57,029 nucleotides of DNA from a virus. Its lineage: Duplodnaviria > Caudoviricetes. The position numbers and the translations under genes are program-made. Position 1 is the first letter of the stretch. Each line of letters starts with the position of its first letter. Below are positions 36,322 to 44,009 of the stretch, piece by piece. The DNA is taken from the IMG/VR virus record IMGVR_UViG_3300043425_000238, positions 1 to 57,029 of that record; one strand, written 5' to 3'. Below the pieces are notes generated by a model, which made no database searches, was not told the DNA's origin, and saw only the letters and a list, made by a program, of their open reading frames with translations.

Positions 36322-38120
36322 TTTTCTCCACGTTCGTCATCAATAGCTAAAGGGATCTTTAAATCAAAGCCACACATAATCCTGCCTGCATGTTCTAGTG
36401 CCTCAATCCCTTCTTTTGTATTCGGCGCTGTCCACACCAATTCATCATGAACCGTCATCAATGGCATGCCAATGGATCCAGTCACACCTTCTTCAACCAT
36501 TTTAATCATGGCCATCTTGTTAATATCAGCTGCAGAGCCTTGCAGGATCCTGTTCAGTGCCTTATGCGTATACGCTCTGCGGACTCTCCCCCACTTATCG
36601 ATTGCAAGACCTTTATCTTCAATGGCATCTTCTCTAACTCCCCACTGATCTGCTTCCCACATATTAAACCTGGCCCTGCGTCCAAGTATAGTCTTGACAT
36701 ATCCACGGGAGCCTGCCCTCTTGGCTGCCAGATTATACGTCTCACGGACAAATGGCATCTTGTCATGGTAAATACTAAAGATCCCTTCAGCTTCCGCCAC
36801 TGTCATGCCTAACTCAGACGCTAACTTAGCTTTGCCCATCCCGTAGACAAGACCAAAGTTAATGGATTTTGCCGGCTTACGAGCAACGCCAGTGATCTCC
36901 GACACCATGGTATGAAAGTCAGTGGTTGGATCCTCACGATACATAGACCTTGCAAGCTCTGCGCCACGGCCAACACCATAATGGGTCAGCATTCTAAATT
37001 CGATTTGACTCCAGTCTTGTGCCGACATGATCTCCCCTTCGTCAGGTAAGAACAGACTCCTGACCAAAGGCCCAATCTCTTCATCACGCGCTGGAATATT
37101 TTGAAGGTTAGGGTTAGAACTACTAAGTCGACCGCTAACAGTGCCATACTCATCAGAACGTAATTGATTAAATGTTCCATACAATCTCCCATCCACATGC
37201 TTGTCTAATATATAGCCACGAACAAAGGTATCTCTTGCCTTTAGAAGCCTGCGGATCTCATATACAATAGGTAGATTAGCCTTGAGCCATGCCCCTTCAA
37301 AAGAAGGATTGCCTTTACCTGTAGTAGGATACTGGATCCCCTTCTTGTCACAATACGCCTTTAACGCAGCAGCCTTGTTAACGTCTTCAATAGGAAACTC
37401 TTGACCATACACTTCAATTTGCGCTGACCAGTCATCGTCCAACTGCTTAGCTTTCTCAACGTCAACACGAACTCCCCTCAAGCGCATGTCAACCAGCATA
37501 GGACAGAGCTTAGCTTCTACCTCGTACACTCGCCACAAGTCTTGTGCTTCTAACTCAGCCTTTTGCAGCAAGAACAGGTCAGCCAGACGGTCCACGTCAC
37601 CTCTAGCATATTCCTCTACCCAACTTGCCGGTGCTTTCCAGATGTTGCCAGCTTGACGACGACCTTTAGGTCCGCCAAATGCTGCCCGCAGCCGTTCGTA
37701 CATCTCGTCTTGTACCTTGCCACCTAAACCATACTTGCCTAACAATGAATCCAATGAATAAGATCTAGCGTATTCATCCAACAAAGGTTCAGCCAGCTGC
37801 ACATCCCAGATAGGCCCGTTCACTGTCACGCCTTCCCACTTCAGCCAACCTAGATCGTAGTTAGCATTGGCAAAGACCTTTGGCTCATCGCCACTAAACT
37901 GCTCGTTAGCCCATCTCAGTACCTGATCACGGTCCATGTTGCCACCACCTTCATGGCGGATAGGTAGGTAATAACTCTCACCGCCGGCTGCCACGCAAAT
38001 GCCAACAATGTAGCCTTTACCACGACCCCATCCTGGTCCATTGTCTAGTAGTTCAGGATCGCACGTCTCCGTGTCGATAGCAATAGGGCCTTTACCTCTT
38101 AACTCCGGTAATACATTCAT
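36303..38120 (-). CDS. polA: DNA polymerase family A with 3'-5' exonuclease
   Basis: Exo I AIDTET, N..YD; TVSGRLSSSNPNLQNIP; motif A DWSQIEFR; motif B RKPAKSINFGLVYG (Phe at the E. coli 762-equivalent position); motif C VHDE. Confidence 0.95.
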   Translation of the reverse strand: MNVLPELRGKGPIAIDTETCDPELLDNGPGWGRGKGYIVGICVAAGGESYYLPIRHEGGGNMDRDQVLRWANEQFSGDEPKVFANANYDLGWLKWEGVTVNGPIWDVQLAEPLLDEYARSYSLDSLLGKYGLGGKVQDEMYERLRAAFGGPKGRRQAGNIWKAPASWVEEYARGDVDRLADLFLLQKAELEAQDLWRVYEVEAKLCPMLVDMRLRGVRVDVEKAKQLDDDWSAQIEVYGQEFPIEDVNKAAALKAYCDKKGIQYPTTGKGNPSFEGAWLKANLPIVYEIRRLLKARDTFVRGYILDKHVDGRLYGTFNQLRSDEYGTVSGRLSSSNPNLQNIPARDEEIGPLVRSLFLPDEGEIMSAQDWSQIEFRMLTHYGVGRGAELARSMYREDPTTDFHTMVSEITGVARKPAKSINFGLVYGMGKAKLASELGMTVAEAEGIFSIYHDKMPFVRETYNLAAKRAGSRGYVKTILGRRARFNMWEADQWGVREDAIEDKGLAIDKWGRVRRAYTHKALNRILQGSAADINKMAMIKMVEEGVTGSIGMPLMTVHDELVWTAPNTKEGIEALEHAGRIMCGFDLKIPLAIDDERGENWGSVK

Positions 38121-38563
38121 CAGACTTCCAATTCGTTATGGTGCCACTCACGTCCAGCCTTTTCCCATAGTGCCTTGCTAGTTTCACTATGCGGATAGTC
38201 TTGGTTGAACACAATTCGTTGGCAGCCGGTATTTAAGAGCAGCTTCAAGCAATGAATGCATGGCGCTGTCGTACAATAAGCAGTCTTGATCAGCTTCACG
38301 TCAGTCACCTGCAGCAGAGCATTCTGTTCAGCATGGATAGCTTCACACTTATCAAGGCCAAGGCCTGATCGATACTTAGCACCTTCACATGGCTCGTCAA
38401 TGCAATGAGCAAAGCCACTAGGCACGCCGTTGTAGCCAGTTGCCAAGACTTTGTTGTCTTCTGACACTAGCACGCAGCCAACTGTGCGTCTAGGACAAGT
38501 ACCTCTTGAAGAGACTACCTCGGCCATGACGCCAAAGTATTCATCCAGGCTAGGGCGTCGCAT
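38120..38563 (-). CDS. dCMP deaminase
   Basis: RPSLDEYF, R.TC.RR.VGC, ATGYNG, HAEQNA, PCIHC zinc motifs. Confidence 0.93.
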   Translation of the reverse strand: MRRPSLDEYFGVMAEVVSSRGTCPRRTVGCVLVSEDNKVLATGYNGVPSGFAHCIDEPCEGAKYRSGLGLDKCEAIHAEQNALLQVTDVKLIKTAYCTTAPCIHCLKLLLNTGCQRIVFNQDYPHSETSKALWEKAGREWHHNELEV

Positions 38564-39212
38564 AGTCTTCAACCAATTTAAAGTGTCGTTCGTAAACATG
38601 TAAGCTTGCTACATTCCAATAAATGTCACCTGCAGGGACGCCAATGTTATTTGATACCTGGTCTAGCACATACTTCTGCCAGGCATAGTCATTCTTGTAG
38701 CCAAACACAGCATCATTAGATCTCATGTACACTAGCGCATGAACCTTACCTTTCCTGATCAGGTACTGAACGGTGTTGGTACACATGAAGTCGCTCATGC
38801 CGCCTGTACTATATTCCCATTGCATCGATGGTCTTGTATAGATCATGATGGCTCTGCGAGAGTCATGGTTTCTTTTTAACTCAGTTACGCAATTGATAAA
38901 CTGATCATGGTTTTCTACTGAGTAGATGCACCAGCCATAGTTAGAGTTAATCCAACCTTCAGGCGATGCTACAGCTTTCCAAATAGCAGGGATTGGCTCA
39001 GGGATGTCGTTCACATTAAGTGACTTGGACAAATACCAATCAAGCTCACGCTTAACGTAGTCTTCGTTGACAAACCCAAACAATGCCTCGTCATCAGCCA
39101 AAAAAGAAGCATTCATGATCTCAATGGTTTTCACACCTGACTTGTCAATGACAAACTCACCTTTGCGAAGCTTCTTAACAAGCTTGTTGCAAATGTCTTT
39201 AGTCTTCTTCAT
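38550..39212 (-). CDS. dCMP hydroxymethylase (T4 gp42-like, thymidylate synthase fold)
   Basis: Long runs match T4 gp42 as recalled: DK.GVKTIEI, RELxWY.SKSL, INSNYGW, DSRR.IMIYTRPSMQ, GMSDFMCTNTVQYLIR, MRSND.VFG..NDYAWQKYVLD, SLHVY.RHF. The Asp equivalent to gp42 D179 (dCMP specificity) is kept. Confidence 0.9.
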   Translation of the reverse strand: MKKTKDICNKLVKKLRKGEFVIDKSGVKTIEIMNASFLADDEALFGFVNEDYVKRELDWYLSKSLNVNDIPEPIPAIWKAVASPEGWINSNYGWCIYSVENHDQFINCVTELKRNHDSRRAIMIYTRPSMQWEYSTGGMSDFMCTNTVQYLIRKGKVHALVYMRSNDAVFGYKNDYAWQKYVLDQVSNNIGVPAGDIYWNVASLHVYERHFKLVEDYATP

Positions 39213-40068
39213 AATGACCTCGTAATAAATTCACTAACGGATATTGATCCGCATGGCGGAAACGTTTCCAATATTGTGGATGTTCCACGCGAGTGTGTTT
39301 AAGATCTGCAATCTCACACCATCTTGCTGCTTCTTCACCTAACGCAATGATTAGTCTTGGATTAAGCTCATCCACGAAGTCTTTTGATTGGATCCCACCG
39401 TCAAGACGGAAGCCGTTAACCCAGTAAAGCTCTGACTCTGGCACACCTGCATAGTCCAATTGCATGGCAAGCCAAGGACTGCAGCCCTCCCAATGAACGA
39501 ATGGCAAGTCAAGGTTATCGATGAGTGGGTTTGATGCTGTGTCTCCAACAATAAGGATGTTTCCTGGTTTGAAGTTGCCAATGCCTGGTCCTTTGTTTTC
39601 GTAGATCTCAACTGCTGCTAACTTCTCAGCAAGATCGTTTAATGTTTCCTTTGTCCAGTCATAAGTCACATGAGGCGTGTTGTATTTCATGGCAGCGTAA
39701 CCATCATAGATAGCTTTGAACTGTGCCTCGTCAGATACCATCTCTTCACGACCACTAGACCAAGCTTTATGACAAGTCTCGTAGTCAGGTAAGCAGGCAA
39801 TAACAATACGGCCTTCAGACAAGATCATGCGGTCAAGCATACGAGTGCGATGGCCATAACGCTGTGGCGTCTTGTGATAGATCGGTGAATAGACTAACTC
39901 AGAATAGTACATGCGGTCTACTGATTTGGCATCACTAATGACTGACTTAAGCGTTTCAGTAAACATCACACGAGCATCTGGGTAGTAGCTATGGTGCCAA
40001 GAATCACCTAGACTGTCAGCTAGCGTAGTCTTACCAGCTCCATCAGGGCCTTCTAAAATATATCTCAT
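39199..40068 (-). CDS. P-loop dNMP kinase fused to a uracil-DNA-glycosylase-like domain
   Basis: N-terminal ILEGPDGAGKTT...DR...SE.VY (thymidylate-kinase-like). C-terminal ILIVGD..., PF....S..L...L..AG, YW.N, P.LIIALG..A, HPQY (UDG superfamily, family-4-like). Confidence 0.7.
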   Translation of the reverse strand: MRYILEGPDGAGKTTLADSLGDSWHHSYYPDARVMFTETLKSVISDAKSVDRMYYSELVYSPIYHKTPQRYGHRTRMLDRMILSEGRIVIACLPDYETCHKAWSSGREEMVSDEAQFKAIYDGYAAMKYNTPHVTYDWTKETLNDLAEKLAAVEIYENKGPGIGNFKPGNILIVGDTASNPLIDNLDLPFVHWEGCSPWLAMQLDYAGVPESELYWVNGFRLDGGIQSKDFVDELNPRLIIALGEEAARWCEIADLKHTRVEHPQYWKRFRHADQYPLVNLLRGHYEED

Positions 40069-40229
40069 CGAGGTAGCTCCAAGTGTTTAGTATCAACTTC
40101 CACGATCTTATCATCTGGCAGCTGCACCATGGCTGTGTCAGGATAATGACCTGTCTTTAAAACTTTAACTACACATTCAAACTCTCTATGCCATAACCAC
40201 TGTGGCAATGTTTTATTATTTGGCTGCAT
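40065..40229 (-). CDS. Hypothetical protein (54 aa)
   Basis: Read by hand: MQPNNKTLPQWLWHREFECVVKVLKTGHYPDTAMVQLPDDKIVEVDTKHLELPR; fills the gap and overlaps both neighbours. Confidence 0.5.
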   Translation of the reverse strand: MQPNNKTLPQWLWHREFECVVKVLKTGHYPDTAMVQLPDDKIVEVDTKHLELPR

Positions 40230-40629
40230 TCAGCACCCCTTCAATGTCAGGTCCTTGCCAGCCTCTCGGCTTAATTACATCTAGCGAGGATCCACGTTTA
40301 GATTCGTCAGCGCTACTTGCTCTGACCTTGCTCATGTTTGCTCGTTGAACCTCAGCCCACAATTGCTGCCATGGCAAGCCCATCATGTAAGCTGTGCCCA
40401 TAGCTACGTAGACTAGATCAATCAAAGCGTCTGCCATGCCTGGTAAATCATCAGAAATAGCACTCACACGGAATTCCATGAGCTCTTCTTCCAAGAATTT
40501 AAGACGGAATTTAACTGTCTCTTGGTCCAAGAGTCTAGGTTTGCCGTCATAAGTTAGGCCAAACTTTTCATGGAAGGCTGCCACATCTTCATAGTTGGAC
40601 AATGGTCCAAAGGTATCGTCTATGCTCAT
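40216..40629 (-). CDS. MazG-like all-alpha dNTP pyrophosphohydrolase (candidate dCTPase/dUTPase)
   Basis: DV..FH.KF, R...L.EEL.E, ADALIDLVYV, EV.RANMSK, KP..W..P motifs. Confidence 0.85.
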   Translation of the reverse strand: MSIDDTFGPLSNYEDVAAFHEKFGLTYDGKPRLLDQETVKFRLKFLEEELMEFRVSAISDDLPGMADALIDLVYVAMGTAYMMGLPWQQLWAEVQRANMSKVRASSADESKRGSSLDVIKPRGWQGPDIEGVLNAAK

Positions 40630-40883
40630 GATATTCTTTTCACCTTAACTTTGTTTTTTGCACGAATGATCGTGGTGTTTGCTGAACCACGTCCCCAATT
40701 TTTAACTGCGTAGCTAGAGATGCTGCTTCTAAGCACCTCAATGTCAAACTCACCTTGCGGAATAAACGCAGTGTTGCCTACCTGAAGTGTACTGATTTTC
40801 TTACGGTAATGGTTAGTGATAGCTCCATGCTTTTTACGTTCTTGAGCTTTTGACTTAAATAATGCTAATAGTTTTTCAAACAT
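40626..40883 (-). CDS. Small basic hypothetical protein, possibly DNA-binding
   Basis: 85 aa Lys/Arg-rich; preceded by TAGAAAGGA. Confidence 0.55.
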   Translation of the reverse strand: MFEKLLALFKSKAQERKKHGAITNHYRKKISTLQVGNTAFIPQGEFDIEVLRSSISSYAVKNWGRGSANTTIIRAKNKVKVKRIS

Positions 40884-40925
40884 TTCTATTCCTTTCTAGT
40901 GTTGGAATGGTTATTGTAAACAGTT

Positions 40926-41837
40926 TTAAGGTTTAAGTAAATCTGACCTGTCACCCCACTCGCGGTATGAGTTGATGGTTGCAGCATCCATTGACACGTG
41001 GTGATCTTTACCAGTGTTCCAGAAGAAGGCACCATCACTAGCATGCTCTCTCATAAAGCGCAGGACTTTAAGATCGTAGGTCTTGACTGATGGGAATGGT
41101 GCAGTCTCAAGATCTTCACCACGGCCAAACTCGTAAGGATGGCTGTAGATCTTAGCTCTTCCTGCTTCGCCTGCTTTAATGTTACGGGCAACAGCTACAC
41201 AATGGAAGTCAGTATCTGGCCAGCCTACTTGCATGGATCTGCTCATGACGCCTGTTGAGATGGCTGTCCACATTTCCTTAGGTTGACCATGCTTCTTCAT
41301 GTAGTTATCACAGGCTCTGGTCATGACTGCAGTGACTAGCGGATGCTTCAAACCAAATGGGAAGAAGGTTGCATTGTTACGGTCAGCCCAAGCTTTTGCT
41401 TCTCTATTGAGATTAGGCATGGCAGCCGAACGAACCCAGCGTAGTTCACCGCCTAACTCCATGGCGTGCATTTGATGGGTTGATGCTTCTTGTCGGGCTG
41501 GTGCAAATAGCACCAAGCGTTTGTTGTACTTCTTAGCCAAGATTGCCAACGCTGCAGGCGCATGGCCTTGTCTAGGTGCTACATAGGTAATGGTATCAGT
41601 CTTGATGGTTGACATCAACAACTCACCAAGACGACCTTTTGTGCCACCTAGTGGGTTCAGATCTTCACGAACCACATGGAAGGTTCTACCCTTTTCATCG
41701 TTAGTCAACTGAAATGGCTCAACAACAAAGTCACCGCAAGGGTCGACCCAGTCTTTTGTCATTTCCAAATACTCTTCTCTGCTATGCAGCGTTAAGTCAT
41801 AGTTTATCCCGTCAAGGATATGGTTGTTATGCGCCAT
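40926..41837 (-). CDS. PLP-dependent enzyme, fold type II (ACC deaminase/D-Cys desulfhydrase-like; type used in phage base hypermodification)
   Basis: VVREDL...GGTKGR (Schiff-base Lys), G.A..ALA..A, STG loop, TYD.K, FWNTG. Confidence 0.8.
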   Translation of the reverse strand: MAHNNHILDGINYDLTLHSREEYLEMTKDWVDPCGDFVVEPFQLTNDEKGRTFHVVREDLNPLGGTKGRLGELLMSTIKTDTITYVAPRQGHAPAALAILAKKYNKRLVLFAPARQEASTHQMHAMELGGELRWVRSAAMPNLNREAKAWADRNNATFFPFGLKHPLVTAVMTRACDNYMKKHGQPKEMWTAISTGVMSRSMQVGWPDTDFHCVAVARNIKAGEAGRAKIYSHPYEFGRGEDLETAPFPSVKTYDLKVLRFMREHASDGAFFWNTGKDHHVSMDAATINSYREWGDRSDLLKP

Positions 41838-42960
41838 CTTTTACTCTCCTTTGATATTCGTCTACTGACATGTTAGCTCTGGACAAGACATAGTCATCAG
41901 AAGGGTGCACATTGATGTCGTTGAAACTACCAACAAGGCCCAATTCCAAATGCTTCCGCTGCCTTCCATAAGGGTGATGACCGACACGGTGACTGCTAAA
42001 TACACGATCCCGATCAAGATGCTCATAATCATGCCCTGGCCGGACATAAGATTCAATCCAGCGAATATAATCACAAGCAATATCTTCTGCATCATAGGGG
42101 ACTGATCCAGTGTCTTCATAAATTCTCTCCATAATGTTGTCTAGAAATTGTATTGGCTTCATCTTCTTTGGCTTGTCAAACAAGTAGCTCAAGCATTCCA
42201 CGGCGTTTGTGCCATAAAAGAAGTGGCTATCCCTTTTGACCAGCTCAGGGAAAAAGTCAGCAATGTCAGCAACTACCGCTGCATACTGGAATTTGTAGGC
42301 CCGTAGATCACGTGACCTGTTCCACTCAAACATCCATTCGCCAATCTCTCTCAAACCTTTAGGCTCCCCTGACGTTAACCAATCAGCTAAGCTACGGGCC
42401 AAGACAGGAGCGTACACGGCCAAGAAGAAGTCACCGCCTCGTTTGAAGCCACGACCTGGTCTAGGGAACGCGGGGAATTGGTAACCAACAGAAGTGTAGA
42501 ACGTAGACTGAGACCACTGGATCTTCTCAGCCATTTCCTCAATACTAAGCCCAATGATCTCTGGCAGCAGAGTGTTGTGGTAGCCTGAATGCTTCTTGCC
42601 ATAGTTAATTCCTGAGCCTGTCAGTCTGTGGAGCATAAATACATACAACCACTCAGGCAAGGACCAAACACCATGAACACCCGTAGCTTCTTCCGCAATT
42701 GGCAAACGAATGCCATGCATCTTATGATCGTATGGATGCTCCTCGGCTTTCCCATACCACAAGTCAAGCAAGATCTGTGTAAACCCGGCGTACTTACGGT
42801 TGACAACGTCGTAGAGGTGGACGTTCTTCATAAGGTCGTCGTCAAAAGGCGAGTCCTCGTGACGTGTCGTCCCTAGATTGCAATGTTCCTGCTGCCACGT
42901 CGCCATCTGATGGTAGCGTAGGAATTCAGGATAGTATTCGGTCATGACAAGATTTGTCAT
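41827..42960 (-). CDS. aGPT-PPlase / 5-hmdU DNA kinase-like helical (HhH-glycosylase fold) DNA-modifying protein
   Basis: DDLM......V.R, F.....VADIAD, YGTNA..CL and E...CD..R patterns resemble aGPT-PPlase1; sits between a PLP enzyme and the BGT-like fusion. Divergent; assigned by eye. Confidence 0.55.
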   Translation of the reverse strand: MTNLVMTEYYPEFLRYHQMATWQQEHCNLGTTRHEDSPFDDDLMKNVHLYDVVNRKYAGFTQILLDLWYGKAEEHPYDHKMHGIRLPIAEEATGVHGVWSLPEWLYVFMLHRLTGSGINYGKKHSGYHNTLLPEIIGLSIEEMAEKIQWSQSTFYTSVGYQFPAFPRPGRGFKRGGDFFLAVYAPVLARSLADWLTSGEPKGLREIGEWMFEWNRSRDLRAYKFQYAAVVADIADFFPELVKRDSHFFYGTNAVECLSYLFDKPKKMKPIQFLDNIMERIYEDTGSVPYDAEDIACDYIRWIESYVRPGHDYEHLDRDRVFSSHRVGHHPYGRQRKHLELGLVGSFNDINVHPSDDYVLSRANMSVDEYQRRVKDGA

Positions 42961-43931
42961 TCTGCTTCCCCTCTTAATAATCTATTCATACGGCCATGTG
43001 CCCATGAAACATGAACTGAACCTGGTTTTTCCATGTACTCTTCATCCATCTCGCCTTTGCTATTCTTAAAGTAGAACGGATAGCGCAGGTAGGTCCAACC
43101 ATTGTTAATACACATCTCGCTAAACAACTCGTCCATCTTACGACGTAAGAAGTCACGCTCCTCCCAAGATCCTGCAAACGGCGTGCCTTTGTAGTAGCCA
43201 GTCTTCGGGAGCTTACGACTCTCGTTCTCAATGTAGATCGGCTGCACAACTTGAATGCCACAGCCGGAGTCCCGCTGAATATCAATGAGCTGCTGCTGAA
43301 GTCGCACGACTAAGTCAACTAGCGCAGGAATTGGATGAGCTTGTCTATGTAAATGATGACGGATGTCGATATTACCGAAGCAAACCGCTAATTCGTCAGG
43401 AATGTACTCCAAAAAGCTAGAAATACCGCTTTCAAGTGCCCCAAAAAGAGTTTTCCCATCATGGCGTATGACTGACGCGCCTGGCACATACCAGTTCAAA
43501 CTATGACTGTCTCCTAATATAATATAACTCGAGGCTTTTTGTGTGTGGACAGGTGCGCTTGTGGCGCGAGCATTTAGAGTATCTTTTGGAAAATTTGGCC
43601 ATCTCCTAGCAATGAGGTCGCCAAAGCCGACTGGACGCTCATCTAACCACTCAAGTTTGTCACCGAAGCCGATCATGCGGTCAAACTTCTCACGATTCTC
43701 GTCAGAGGCGCCACCGAACAAGTTAAGAGTGCCTGACCATTCCATGCCGAGGTAGCAATAGATCTTGTCGTACTGCTCCCAATTAGTTTTAGATTCGTCT
43801 TTTGTGTAGATGACGTCGACGTCGTTGCCTTCACGACTAATTTGATCTGCGCGCATTAAAGCCCATGCAGTGCGGTGAGATCCTTCTTTAGGTGTTAAAG
43901 TCCCGTTCGGACTGTAGATTGCTATTTTCAT
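42957..43931 (-). CDS. T4 beta-glucosyltransferase-like N-terminal domain fused to an SGNH acyltransferase/esterase domain
   Basis: N-terminal MKIAI...ISREGNDVDVI...YDKI...LNLFGG...LDER parallels T4 BGT MKIAI...ISEMGLNVDII...YDRL...INFFGG...TDIR as recalled. C-terminal ILGDSHS, DG.T, FGNIDIR and SVH match SGNH blocks I, II, III and V. Confidence 0.6.
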   Translation of the reverse strand: MKIAIYSPNGTLTPKEGSHRTAWALMRADQISREGNDVDVIYTKDESKTNWEQYDKIYCYLGMEWSGTLNLFGGASDENREKFDRMIGFGDKLEWLDERPVGFGDLIARRWPNFPKDTLNARATSAPVHTQKASSYIILGDSHSLNWYVPGASVIRHDGKTLFGALESGISSFLEYIPDELAVCFGNIDIRHHLHRQAHPIPALVDLVVRLQQQLIDIQRDSGCGIQVVQPIYIENESRKLPKTGYYKGTPFAGSWEERDFLRRKMDELFSEMCINNGWTYLRYPFYFKNSKGEMDEEYMEKPGSVHVSWAHGRMNRLLRGEAE

Positions 43932-43974
43932 GCCTTTCTTCCTCTTTCTATCCAGTCAGATGACTGTACGACAC

Positions 43975-44007
43975 AGTATACCACGTTTCTTATTTTGTTG
44001 TAAACAG
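43975..44007 (-). promoter_or_regulatory. Sigma70-like promoter ctgTTTACA-N18-TATACT driving the modification operon
   Basis: Extended -10 (TGgTATACT), then hairpin cagtc-agat-gactg (43953-43966) and TAGAAAGAGG. Confidence 0.7.
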
Positions 44008-44009
44008 TT

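Noticed and set aside
38550-39212. Annotation as ordinary thymidylate synthase or dUMP hydroxymethylase
   Set aside because: The sequence follows T4 gp42 closely and has Asp (NDYAWQ) where dUMP-specific enzymes have Asn.
42957-43931. Intact DNA beta-glucosyltransferase
   Set aside because: Similarity to BGT ends after about 110 aa; the C-terminal half has SGNH motifs rather than a UDP-glucose-binding domain.
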